From a bacterium (GTDB lineage Bacteria > Patescibacteriota > Minisyncoccia > Moranbacterales > UBA2206), in the NCBI GenBank assembly GCA_021788105.1, contig JAJYKZ010000002.1, forward strand, positions 3,320 through 67,319: 64,000 nt of DNA. The letters run 5' to 3'. The notes beneath the pieces were generated by a model. That model had not been told where the DNA came from and did not search any database. It saw nothing but the letters and a program-made list of their open reading frames with translations. The position numbers and the translations under genes are program-made. Below, in pieces: positions 18,307 through 27,376 of this stretch. Every line of letters begins with the position of its first letter. The first letter of the stretch is position 1.

Positions 18307-18807
18307 ATGTCTGATGTCTTTATTTATAAAAGAACAGAATCCAGTACGGGAGCTTACTGGGAAAAAGAAAAGTATCAGGCCGAAGGGGCTGATCCTTTTA
18401 CGTACATAAGTCGTATATCTCAAATGGCGAAGGATATAGAAGAGGATTTTAAGAAGAAGTCTGAAAAAATTAAAGATGAAATCAAAACAAGCGAGGATAG
18501 GCTTAATAAAAAAATTGATGATAGTAAATTGAAAATCATTGAAACCCTTGGAATTTTTGTTGCATTATTTACTTTTGTTTCAATAGATTTTCAGGTTTTT
18601 CGAGCATATAAAAATCCATGGTCCATTGGTGGATTAATCCTTATTCTTTTAGGTTCTTTGACGATGTTTTTGATTCTATTGGATTATCTAATTATAAATA
18701 GTTATGCAAATAATAAAATAAAAAAGAAAATTCAATCAGAACTTTGGTTAGTAAATATTGTCTTTCTTGTCATTGGTTTTTTTCTGTTTATAATATCAAA
18801 AAAATAA
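18307..18807 (+). CDS. Hypothetical coiled-coil protein with three C-terminal TM helices
   Basis: Charged, K/E-rich helical N-half. Hydrophobic segments are IFVALFTFVSIDFQVF, LILILLGSLTMFLILLDYLII and LVNIVFLVIGFFLFII. Confidence 0.5.
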   Translation: MSDVFIYKRTESSTGAYWEKEKYQAEGADPFTYISRISQMAKDIEEDFKKKSEKIKDEIKTSEDRLNKKIDDSKLKIIETLGIFVALFTFVSIDFQVFRAYKNPWSIGGLILILLGSLTMFLILLDYLIINSYANNKIKKKIQSELWLVNIVFLVIGFFLFIISKK

Positions 18808-18814
18808 ATTTTTT

Positions 18815-20794
18815 ATGAAAAATTCACTTATATATGAACTTCCTAAAATTGTCGATGAAGGCAAGAGGGAAGTTGAAAAAATATTGGAACGACTTTCAAG
18901 TCAGAATAAATTGGGATTGCAGACCAATGAGTTGGTTTTGCCAGCAAAAGATTCAGCCGGACTTTTTTCCGGTCAAATGCCGAATGCGGATGAAAAGGAA
19001 TGGATGAATCGCTTGGTGTATGGTGACAATCTTTTGGTGATGCAGGCGCTTTTGGCTGGCGACCCGGAGAGTGGACTGCCTTCAATGCGCGGGAAAATTG
19101 ATTTGATCTACATTGATCCGCCGTTTGATTCCAAAGCGGACTATCGCACGAAAGTTACATTGCCCGGCGTTAATTTGGAACAAAAGCCGACCGTCATTGA
19201 ACAATTTGCCTATGCGGACACTTGGAAAGACGGGACGGTTTCATATCTCAAAATGCTTTATCCGCGTTTGGCTTTGATGAAGGAACTTTTATCGGACAAG
19301 GGGTCAATTTATGTTCATATTGATTGGCATGTCGGACATTATGTGAAAATTTTGTTGGATGAAATATTCGGAAAGAATAATTTTAGGAACGAAATAACTT
19401 GGAAAAGTGGCGTTGTTAAAGGGGCTAAAACCACTTCTGATAAATATGGCAGAGTAACTGACTCAATATTTTTTTATACTAAGTCCGATGATTATTTTTT
19501 CAAAACACCATTTAAGCCAATCGACTTAAACAGTCCGAACAATAAATTTATTCATAGAGATAAGGATGGCCGTTTGTATAGCCGTGATAATCCTCTTGGT
19601 GATTATAGTCAAGAATCAATTGATAAATTTGAAAAAGAAGGAAGAATATATCATACAAAGAATGGAAAAAAGCAGCTAATTCGATATTACGACGAAGTTA
19701 AGGGTATTGCTGTTGGCAATCTATGGGATGATATTAACTTTATAAACCAAGTCGCAGATGAAAGACTTGATTATAATACACAGAAGCCCGAAAAATTATT
19801 AGAAAGAATAATAGAAGCATCTTCTCAAGAAAATTCTGTAATTGCTGATTTTTTTGCTGGCTCGGGGACGACTGGAGCGGTGGCGGAAAAATTAAATCGC
19901 AAGTGGGTCATGTCCGATTTGGGTAAGCCGGCGAGCTTGGTGATGCGGAAAAGATTAATTGATCAGAATGCCAAACCTTTTTTCTATCAATCCATCGGCG
20001 ACTATCAAAAAGAAACTTTCGCTTCGGGAAAACTTTTTCGCCGCGTCGGCGATTTGGCCAATGTGGTTTTGCAGCTTTTCGGCGCGATTCCGTTTACCGA
20101 TGACCAAAATCCCAACAGAAATATCGGCTACATAAAAGAAAGCCGGACTTTGGTGCTGGTGGATTCGCCGAGCAAGCTCACCGGCCTTTCCACGCTCAAG
20201 CGCGCGCAGGAGCTCAAAATTTCTTTCATGGGCGGCTGGAATAAGGTTGTGGTATTGGGCTGGAATTTCACTTTTGACATCACCGAAGCCATTCAGAGTT
20301 TGAGCGACAAAGATTTGGAAGTGCTGGTCATTCCGCCGGATCTTTTGGACAAACTTAAGACCAAAGCCAGCTATAAGGACTTGATTGAAAAAAGGAAAAT
20401 CCGCTTTTCGTCTTTGCAATACCTGTCGTTGAAGCCGGTCGCCAAAGAAAATATTTCTGAAAGCGAAGAGAAATTGGAGATTGAGCTGGACAACTATGTT
20501 TTGCTTTCGCCTGACAATATTCCTCTGGACGATAAAGACAAAGAAAAATTGCGCGACATCATCGCCAAAGATCCGCTCTCGCTCATTGAATATTGGAGTA
20601 TCGATCCGGATTATGATGGTGTGACTTTTCGTTCTCGCTGGCAGGATTATCGCGGTAATACCGAAAATGATAGCGATTCTTTGCATGTCATTCGCAAAGC
20701 GCAACTTACCGTTCCGAAAGTTCAAAATCGAAAAGTATGCATCAAAGCAGTGGATGTTTTTGGATTTGAAAGCATCGTTTTGGAAAATTTATAA
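18815..20794 (+). CDS. mod: Type III restriction-modification Mod subunit (beta-class N6-adenine DNA methyltransferase)
   Basis: NRLVYGDNLLVMQALL ... IDLIYIDPPFDS (motif IV) precedes FFAGSGTTG (motif I). This is the beta-class order, in a ~660-aa protein typical of type III Mod. Confidence 0.85.
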   Translation: MKNSLIYELPKIVDEGKREVEKILERLSSQNKLGLQTNELVLPAKDSAGLFSGQMPNADEKEWMNRLVYGDNLLVMQALLAGDPESGLPSMRGKIDLIYIDPPFDSKADYRTKVTLPGVNLEQKPTVIEQFAYADTWKDGTVSYLKMLYPRLALMKELLSDKGSIYVHIDWHVGHYVKILLDEIFGKNNFRNEITWKSGVVKGAKTTSDKYGRVTDSIFFYTKSDDYFFKTPFKPIDLNSPNNKFIHRDKDGRLYSRDNPLGDYSQESIDKFEKEGRIYHTKNGKKQLIRYYDEVKGIAVGNLWDDINFINQVADERLDYNTQKPEKLLERIIEASSQENSVIADFFAGSGTTGAVAEKLNRKWVMSDLGKPASLVMRKRLIDQNAKPFFYQSIGDYQKETFASGKLFRRVGDLANVVLQLFGAIPFTDDQNPNRNIGYIKESRTLVLVDSPSKLTGLSTLKRAQELKISFMGGWNKVVVLGWNFTFDITEAIQSLSDKDLEVLVIPPDLLDKLKTKASYKDLIEKRKIRFSSLQYLSLKPVAKENISESEEKLEIELDNYVLLSPDNIPLDDKDKEKLRDIIAKDPLSLIEYWSIDPDYDGVTFRSRWQDYRGNTENDSDSLHVIRKAQLTVPKVQNRKVCIKAVDVFGFESIVLENL

Positions 20795-20804
20795 AAAGAT
20801 AAAA

Positions 20805-22499
20805 ATGACAAGAGAAGAGTTAGAAAAATTATTGGCAGCCGACAAGGAAACCGAACATCTTGAATTCAAAGAGATGTCCGGGCAGATTTCTATTTTGGGA
20901 AAAGATGAGAGCAAGAAGGGCAATACACAAAAGAAATCACTGTTTGGATATTGTGTTGCAATTGGAAATGAAGGTGGCGGTAAGATAATTTTTGGAGTCA
21001 AAGATAAGATAAACCAAAAAACCGGAAAGCGCGATATTGTTGGAACAGATGCTTTGCCGAATATGCAAAAAGCCAAAGAGCGAATTTATGAGGTTTTAGG
21101 CAGGAGGATAGATATTGAAAATATGCAAACAGAAGATGGATTGGTTCAGATTGTAACGGTTCCGACGCATCCTATTGGAGAACCTTTTGATTTTTATGGA
21201 TTGTATCTGATGAGAAATGGGGAGAAATTGGAAAAAATGGACACTGGAACCTTGGCAAAAATTATCAATGAAGGCAGTCCGGACTTCTCCTCTTTAGAAA
21301 ATGAGAAAGCTGCATGGGATGATTTGGACAGTAAGGCTGTCGAAATCTTGAAGCAAAAATGGATTGAAAAATCCAAAAACTCGGATTTGGTGGATTGCGA
21401 TCATAGAGAAATACTTGAAAAATTAAGACTTGTCACAGGAAAGGGAATAACTAATGCTTGTCTTTTGTTGGTTGGGAAAGAGGATTCGCTTGCGAGACTG
21501 ATTCCAAATTCAGAAATTTTTTTAGAGTGGCGATTGAATGGTAAAAAAGCAGAATATGATCTGAGAAAAATACTTAGAAAACCGTATTTAATTGCTGATG
21601 AAGAAGTTTGGAATTTTGTAGACAGCAGGAATACGCGAGTACCATTCAAGCAAGGATTTTTCGAATTGGATATTTGGTCTTATGATAAGCAAACTATACG
21701 CGAGGCTGTTTTAAATGCATTTGCTCATCGAGAATATTGCAATAGAACTGAGCCGATTTATGTGCGTGTTTCTCCTAATAAAGTTATTGTTAAAAGTGCT
21801 GGCGGATTCGTTTCCGGCGTTACCGTGGAGAATATTTTTGATGTTGAGGGGAAATGGAGGAATTATTTGCTTATGGATGTGCTTGGAAAAATTGGTTTGG
21901 TTGAGCGAGCCGGATTTGGCCTGGATAGAATATATAAAACTACAATTGCGCAGGGCAAGGGTGCGCCTAATTTTGATGGAACTACTAACGAATATGTCAT
22001 ATTGAACATACCGACTAAAGTTCGGGATATAAATTTCGTTTATTTTTTGCAAAAGATAGAAAAGGAAAAACAGTTGGGTATTGATGCTACAAAAGACTTT
22101 GTTGAATTAGAGAAAATAAGAGAAGGTGAAAAAAATTACGACAAGAAAAGACTTAAATTATTTATGGATAATGGTATTGTTGAAAAAATTGGACAAGGCA
22201 AGGGAACCAAATATGTGCTAGCAAAAAAATTCTATGATTTTATTGATAATCAAAGCGAATATACTAGAAAAAAATGGTTAAGTAAGGAACAACAAAAAGA
22301 GGTTTTGATGAATTTTTTTAGACAACATAAAAAAGGACGGATGACGGACTTTTCAAAATTATTTGAGAATAAGTTGAATAATAATCAAATTTTTACTTTA
22401 CTGAGCGAGCTTAGAAGTGATGATTTTGTATATTTTGATGGCAAACAAAGATCTAGTAAGGGCTTTTGGAGACAGAAAAGAGAAGCTGTTAATAAGTAG
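20805..22499 (+). CDS. Schlafen/AlbA_2 DNA-binding domain + HATPase_c_4 (divergent ATPase) protein, RecG-like 'putative transcriptional regulator' family
   Basis: N-terminal ETEHLEFKE (the AlbA_2 ExxLEFK signature) and C-terminal REAVLNAFAHREY ... GLVERAGFGLDRIYK (HATPase_c_4 signature). It is inserted between mod and res. Confidence 0.7.
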   Translation: MTREELEKLLAADKETEHLEFKEMSGQISILGKDESKKGNTQKKSLFGYCVAIGNEGGGKIIFGVKDKINQKTGKRDIVGTDALPNMQKAKERIYEVLGRRIDIENMQTEDGLVQIVTVPTHPIGEPFDFYGLYLMRNGEKLEKMDTGTLAKIINEGSPDFSSLENEKAAWDDLDSKAVEILKQKWIEKSKNSDLVDCDHREILEKLRLVTGKGITNACLLLVGKEDSLARLIPNSEIFLEWRLNGKKAEYDLRKILRKPYLIADEEVWNFVDSRNTRVPFKQGFFELDIWSYDKQTIREAVLNAFAHREYCNRTEPIYVRVSPNKVIVKSAGGFVSGVTVENIFDVEGKWRNYLLMDVLGKIGLVERAGFGLDRIYKTTIAQGKGAPNFDGTTNEYVILNIPTKVRDINFVYFLQKIEKEKQLGIDATKDFVELEKIREGEKNYDKKRLKLFMDNGIVEKIGQGKGTKYVLAKKFYDFIDNQSEYTRKKWLSKEQQKEVLMNFFRQHKKGRMTDFSKLFENKLNNNQIFTLLSELRSDDFVYFDGKQRSSKGFWRQKREAVNK

Positions 22500-22618
22500 A
22501 TAGGGAGTAGTTTTGGGTAGTTTTATTATATATTTTGGCTTATTAGCACAATTTTAAGGTATTTTATATAAGTAGACAATAAGTAGAACAAGAGTAGATA
22601 ATTCATTATTCTAAAAAT

Positions 22619-25537
22619 ATGCCGTCACCGATTAGCATTGGAACGAGATCAGTTCCGCTTAAATTAGCAAATAGCATTACGCAAAAAGTGAATGATTCTT
22701 GGGCGAGCGGAGAAATGCTGTCCAAGGTGTCTTTGGTGACGCAAGACTTGCTCAAATTTTGGTTTCGCGAGCCGCATACGGAAACGAGATATGTCAATTT
22801 CCATGAAGGGCAAAGGCAGGCGATTTCGAACGCGATTTATTTGCATGAAATTGTCGGAGTGAAAAACGTCAAAGAAATTTATGACAACATTGAGTTTGAG
22901 CTTTTGGCGGATATTGATTCGGCGGAACTGCGCAAGGCAAAATATGAAATTCCCAAATATGCCATTAAGATGGCCACCGGAACCGGCAAGACTTGGGTGA
23001 TGCACGCGCTTTTAATCTGGCAATATCTTAACGCTAAATTTGAAACGGAAAAATCCGGCCGGTTCACTAAAAATTTTTTACTGGTCGCGCCGGGCATTAT
23101 TGTGTATGAACGGCTTTTAGATGCGTATCTCGGCAAGGAAAATGAAAATCAAGAGAGACAATTTGAGCAATCTGATTTTTTCAAATTCAAGGATCTTTTT
23201 ATTCCTCAGCAATATCGCGAGGATGTTTTTGGTTTTATTCAAAATAGTGTAGCAAGAAAACAAGAAATTGGGACCAAAACGACTGGCGATGGTCTGATTG
23301 CGATTGCTAATTGGCACTTGTTTATAGACAAAGAAGATCAGGAAGAAAGCCTTGATTCACCAATGGATGACATAAGTTCGATTGTAAGAGATATCCTTCC
23401 AATTCGTCCGGGAATTTCCGGTGGCAACGCACTAGACTCGCTGGACGCCAATTATTTGAGCGGTCGGGAAGTTAGTTTTTTGGCAGAGCTGTCGGATTTG
23501 ATGGTGATTAATGATGAAGCGCACCACATCCATGAGAACAAAATTTACGGTGAAATTAAGGAGGTTGAATGGCAAAGAAGTCTGAACAGAATTGCCAAAG
23601 GGAAGAATGAAAAATTTATCCAGATAGACTTTTCTGCGACTCCATACGATGTTACCGGCAGCGGACAAAAAAGAGTAAAACATTATTTCCCGCATGTAAT
23701 TGTTGATTTTGATTTAAAGAATGCGATCAGAAAAGGGCTGGTCAAAACGATTGCAATAGACAAGAGAAAGGAATTGACTGACATGGCTTTGGACTATAAC
23801 GCAATTCGCGAAGGTAATAAGGTTGTTGGTTTGTCTGACGGCCAAAAGTTAATGATTCGCGCCGGTTTGAACAAATTGAAAATATTGGAAAACAATTTCG
23901 TTGATTTTGCGAAAGACAAAAACGGAATTTCGGACAAATATCCAAAAATGCTTATCATGTGTGAGGACAAAAGTGTCTCGCCTTTGGTTGAAACTTTTGT
24001 GCGGGAGGAAGGTTTTTCTGAAGGAGATGTGCTGAGAGTCGATACTGGCAAGAAAGGCGAGATTCCTGAAAGTGAGTGGCTGACATTGAAACAAAAACTT
24101 TTTAATATAGACAAACACCAGAGTCCGAGAGTGATAGTTTCAGTTCTTATGCTTCGGGAAGGTTTTGATGTGAGCAATATTTGCGTTATTGTGCCATTGC
24201 GTTCTACGCAAGCGCCTATCCTACTTGAACAGACAATCGGTCGCGGATTACGTTTGATGTGGCGCGAGCCGGAATTTTTAGACATAAAGCAGGACAATAT
24301 AAAAAGGCTCTTGGTTGAGAAAAAGGAGCCAAACAATTACCTTGATTTGCTGACGATTATTGAACATCCTTCGTTTGTTCAGTTTTATGATGATTTATTG
24401 GCGGAGGGATTATTGGGAGAGCTAGAGCATGATCCAGCTGACAAAGAAGGCGTGCTGGGCGATATCATAAAAGTGGGGTTGAAAAGCAATTACAAAGAAT
24501 ATGATTTGTATTGGCCTATAATCATTAGGGAGTCAGAAGAAGAATTAGCAGTCAGCGAAGTTGGGGTTGAAAAATTGGAACCATTTGTCCATTTTCCCTT
24601 GGAAGATCTGCAGAAATTTTTTCAAAAAGAAGGGGAAAGCTTTGTTTCTGAAGAGATGACCGTTAAGACCAGATTTGGAGAATATTCAGTTGATGCTAAT
24701 TTGTTTAAGTCGCAGAGCTATAATGAATATTTAGAAAAAATTCTCAATGTGGTTGTGAATCGCATGGCTCGCGTGAGCGCTCGAAAAACAAAAACTTTCC
24801 CAGTTATGCAGATCAATAATCTCGAGGTGGCCAAGGTTATTGATAAATACATCAAAACAAAATTATTTGGAAAACCATTCGATCCATTTTTTGAAAATAA
24901 CTGGAAAGTTTTGCTAATGAAAAATGGAATTGTGACAGAGCATATCGTGAAAGAAATCAGTAAGATAATCATTGAGATGCAAAATTCTGTCGAAGTGAGT
25001 GAGGCGAAAATCGAGAAGCGATATTTTTCAGAAGTGCCGGAGTTGCGAATGCGCGAAAATTATTCTTTGGAAATCGCCAAAACAATTTACGAAAGGTTAC
25101 CATATCCTTCAAACAAGGGCGGATTCGAGAAGGCTTTTTTGGAATATGCAGATGCGGATTCCGGAGTGGAGTCAATTATGAAAGTCAACGAATATTTCCA
25201 TAATTTTGCTAACGTGACGTATATCAGGACTGACGGATTTTTATCGTTGTACTATCCGGACTTCATCGTGAAAACAGCAGATAAAGTTTATTTTATAGAA
25301 ACAAAATCAGAAAAAGATTTAAATGATCCGAATGTAAAGCAGAAACAATTAGCAACTTTGGATTTTCTTAGTCGTATAAACAAATTAGGAACAGAAGATA
25401 GGATGGACAGGACTTGGGAATATATTTTGATGGGCGAAAATAATTTCTATAGCTTACAAGGCAATAATGCCTCAATTGATGAAATTTGTCAGTTGACAAA
25501 AATGACGCAAGCTAAGGCAGAAGGAAAATTGTTGTAA
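22619..25537 (+). CDS. res: Type III restriction enzyme Res subunit (SF2 helicase + C-terminal PD-(D/E)xK nuclease)
   Basis: Walker A MATGTGKTW and the DEAH box VINDEAHHI. The C-terminal YPDFIVKTADKVYFIETKSEKD matches the PD...ExK endonuclease motif. Length 972 aa. Confidence 0.85.
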   Translation: MPSPISIGTRSVPLKLANSITQKVNDSWASGEMLSKVSLVTQDLLKFWFREPHTETRYVNFHEGQRQAISNAIYLHEIVGVKNVKEIYDNIEFELLADIDSAELRKAKYEIPKYAIKMATGTGKTWVMHALLIWQYLNAKFETEKSGRFTKNFLLVAPGIIVYERLLDAYLGKENENQERQFEQSDFFKFKDLFIPQQYREDVFGFIQNSVARKQEIGTKTTGDGLIAIANWHLFIDKEDQEESLDSPMDDISSIVRDILPIRPGISGGNALDSLDANYLSGREVSFLAELSDLMVINDEAHHIHENKIYGEIKEVEWQRSLNRIAKGKNEKFIQIDFSATPYDVTGSGQKRVKHYFPHVIVDFDLKNAIRKGLVKTIAIDKRKELTDMALDYNAIREGNKVVGLSDGQKLMIRAGLNKLKILENNFVDFAKDKNGISDKYPKMLIMCEDKSVSPLVETFVREEGFSEGDVLRVDTGKKGEIPESEWLTLKQKLFNIDKHQSPRVIVSVLMLREGFDVSNICVIVPLRSTQAPILLEQTIGRGLRLMWREPEFLDIKQDNIKRLLVEKKEPNNYLDLLTIIEHPSFVQFYDDLLAEGLLGELEHDPADKEGVLGDIIKVGLKSNYKEYDLYWPIIIRESEEELAVSEVGVEKLEPFVHFPLEDLQKFFQKEGESFVSEEMTVKTRFGEYSVDANLFKSQSYNEYLEKILNVVVNRMARVSARKTKTFPVMQINNLEVAKVIDKYIKTKLFGKPFDPFFENNWKVLLMKNGIVTEHIVKEISKIIIEMQNSVEVSEAKIEKRYFSEVPELRMRENYSLEIAKTIYERLPYPSNKGGFEKAFLEYADADSGVESIMKVNEYFHNFANVTYIRTDGFLSLYYPDFIVKTADKVYFIETKSEKDLNDPNVKQKQLATLDFLSRINKLGTEDRMDRTWEYILMGENNFYSLQGNNASIDEICQLTKMTQAKAEGKLL

Positions 25538-25651
25538 AAAGGAAAAATGGATATAATTGAATAATTGAATTTGTTTGCTACGGGGATAGTTGCGATTGCG
25601 GTGAAGAATGTCGCGAAGATGATTTGTAAATAAACTGTTGTAATATTTTTT

Positions 25652-26749
25652 ATGAAAATCGCGCTGGTACACGACTATTTGGTCCAATACGGGGGAGCGG
25701 AAAGAGTTCTGGAGTGTTTTACGGAGCTTTTTCCTGGCGCGCCGATTTACACTCTGGTTTACAATAAAAAATTGATGCACGGAGTTTTTGAAAATAAAAA
25801 TATCAAAACCTCTTTCATTCAGAAAATTCCGTTCGCCAAAAATTATCATCGTATCTTCCCTCAATTGATGCCGATGGGCATCGAACAGTTTGATTTTTCC
25901 GGCTACGACATCGTTCTTTCCGATTCTTCGAGTTATGCCAAGGGAATAATTACCGGACCGGAAACGCTGCATATCTGCTATATGCATACGCCGATGCGTT
26001 ACGCCTGGGACGATTGTCAGAAATACACCCATGATTTCAGCTTTCCCGGATTTATCAAAAAAACTATTCCGCTGGCGATGAACTACATCCGCATTTGGGA
26101 CCGGGTGAGCGCAGAAAGGCCCGATCGCCTGATTGCCAATTCCAATTTCGTGTCTAAAAGAATCAAAAAATATTATAAAAAAGACAGCGTTGTCATTCAT
26201 CCGCCGGTGAACATAAATAATTTTTATATCGACGAAAGTGAGGAGGATTATTTTTTGATCGTCGCGCGTCTTCTGGCGTACAAGCGCGTGGACATTGCAA
26301 TCGAGGCTTTTAACAAATTAGGATTGAAATTGAAAATTATCGGACGCGGTCCGGAAATGAAGCGGCTCAAAAAAATGGCCGGACAAAATATTGAATTTCT
26401 GGGAAGAGTTCCGGATCATGAATTGGCGCAATATTATGCCAAATGCCGGGCCTTTGTTTTTCCGCAAGAAGAAGATTTCGGGATAGTGGCGATCGAGGCT
26501 ATGGCTTCCGGAAAACCGCTTATCGCTTTCCGGGGCGGAGACATTCCGGAGCATGTGGAAAACGGCAAGACGGGAATATTTTTCGATAAGCAAAATCCGG
26601 AGAATATCATTGAAGCGGTTGAAAAATTCGGCAGTTTTGATTTCGATCCCAAATACATACGGGAACAGACAAGGAAATTTGACAGAGAGATTTTTAAGGA
26701 TAAAATAAAGGAATATATCGAAAATTCCTTTCGGGAATTTAAAATGTAG
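25652..26749 (+). CDS. Glycosyltransferase family 4 (GT-B fold)
   Basis: MKIALVHDYLVQYGGAERV N-terminus and a GT4 EX7E-like region (FPQEEDFGIVAIEAMASGKPLIA). Confidence 0.8.
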   Translation: MKIALVHDYLVQYGGAERVLECFTELFPGAPIYTLVYNKKLMHGVFENKNIKTSFIQKIPFAKNYHRIFPQLMPMGIEQFDFSGYDIVLSDSSSYAKGIITGPETLHICYMHTPMRYAWDDCQKYTHDFSFPGFIKKTIPLAMNYIRIWDRVSAERPDRLIANSNFVSKRIKKYYKKDSVVIHPPVNINNFYIDESEEDYFLIVARLLAYKRVDIAIEAFNKLGLKLKIIGRGPEMKRLKKMAGQNIEFLGRVPDHELAQYYAKCRAFVFPQEEDFGIVAIEAMASGKPLIAFRGGDIPEHVENGKTGIFFDKQNPENIIEAVEKFGSFDFDPKYIREQTRKFDREIFKDKIKEYIENSFREFKM

Positions 26750-26752
26750 AAT

Positions 26753-27358
26753 ATGGAACTTAAAGAATATTTGAAAATTTTCAAAGCTAATATTAAAATT
26801 TTTCTTATTGCGGTTATTTTGATTGTGGTTGGAAGCTTTGTTTATTTTGGGACCAAACCAGTTTCTTACAACAATTCGCTCACCTTGAACATTACCCGGA
26901 TGGGCGAGCAAAAAACCAATGCCTATCAGTACGATGATTATTATCGGCTGCAGGCTGATGACCAATTTTCCGATACGATAGTGGAATGGCTGAAAGATCC
27001 GCGAACAGTTGCCAATATTTATGCCGATGCCAAAGTCGATGCGGGCAAATTTTCCATGAAACAACTTTCCGGAAGTTTTGGCGTCGAAAAACTTTCTTCT
27101 CAAATAGTTTCCGTTTCTTTTTCTGCTCCGACTGTCGAGCAGGGGGAAAAAATTTCCGGCGCGATCGTAAGAGAAATTTCAAAAAATACCGATATGCTGA
27201 ATCAGAGCCAAAATGAGGAAAATTGGTTCAAGATAGTCGCTCAAGATCCGGTAATTATCCGGTGGCACATCAGCCCGTTCCTGATTTTTTTGGCCTCGCT
27301 TTTGGCAGGAATTTTTGTGGCATTCTGGCTGGTGCTGGTTGTCCATTATTTGAAATAA
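26753..27358 (+). CDS. Wzz-like polysaccharide co-polymerase / chain-length determinant-like protein (short)
   Basis: Two TM helices (N- and C-terminal) flank a ~130-aa extracytoplasmic domain. It sits in a polysaccharide locus. Confidence 0.35.
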   Translation: MELKEYLKIFKANIKIFLIAVILIVVGSFVYFGTKPVSYNNSLTLNITRMGEQKTNAYQYDDYYRLQADDQFSDTIVEWLKDPRTVANIYADAKVDAGKFSMKQLSGSFGVEKLSSQIVSVSFSAPTVEQGEKISGAIVREISKNTDMLNQSQNEENWFKIVAQDPVIIRWHISPFLIFLASLLAGIFVAFWLVLVVHYLK

Positions 27359-27376
27359 GCAACTGAAATAAAAGTT

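Noticed and set aside
19955-20725. 256-aa minus-strand ORF inside mod
   Set aside because: Antisense to a gene with unambiguous methyltransferase motifs. Spurious.
25472-27103. Long minus-strand ORFs (242 aa and 261 aa) antisense to the GT4 and Wzz-like genes
   Set aside because: Shadow ORFs of well-supported plus-strand genes. Translations are low complexity.
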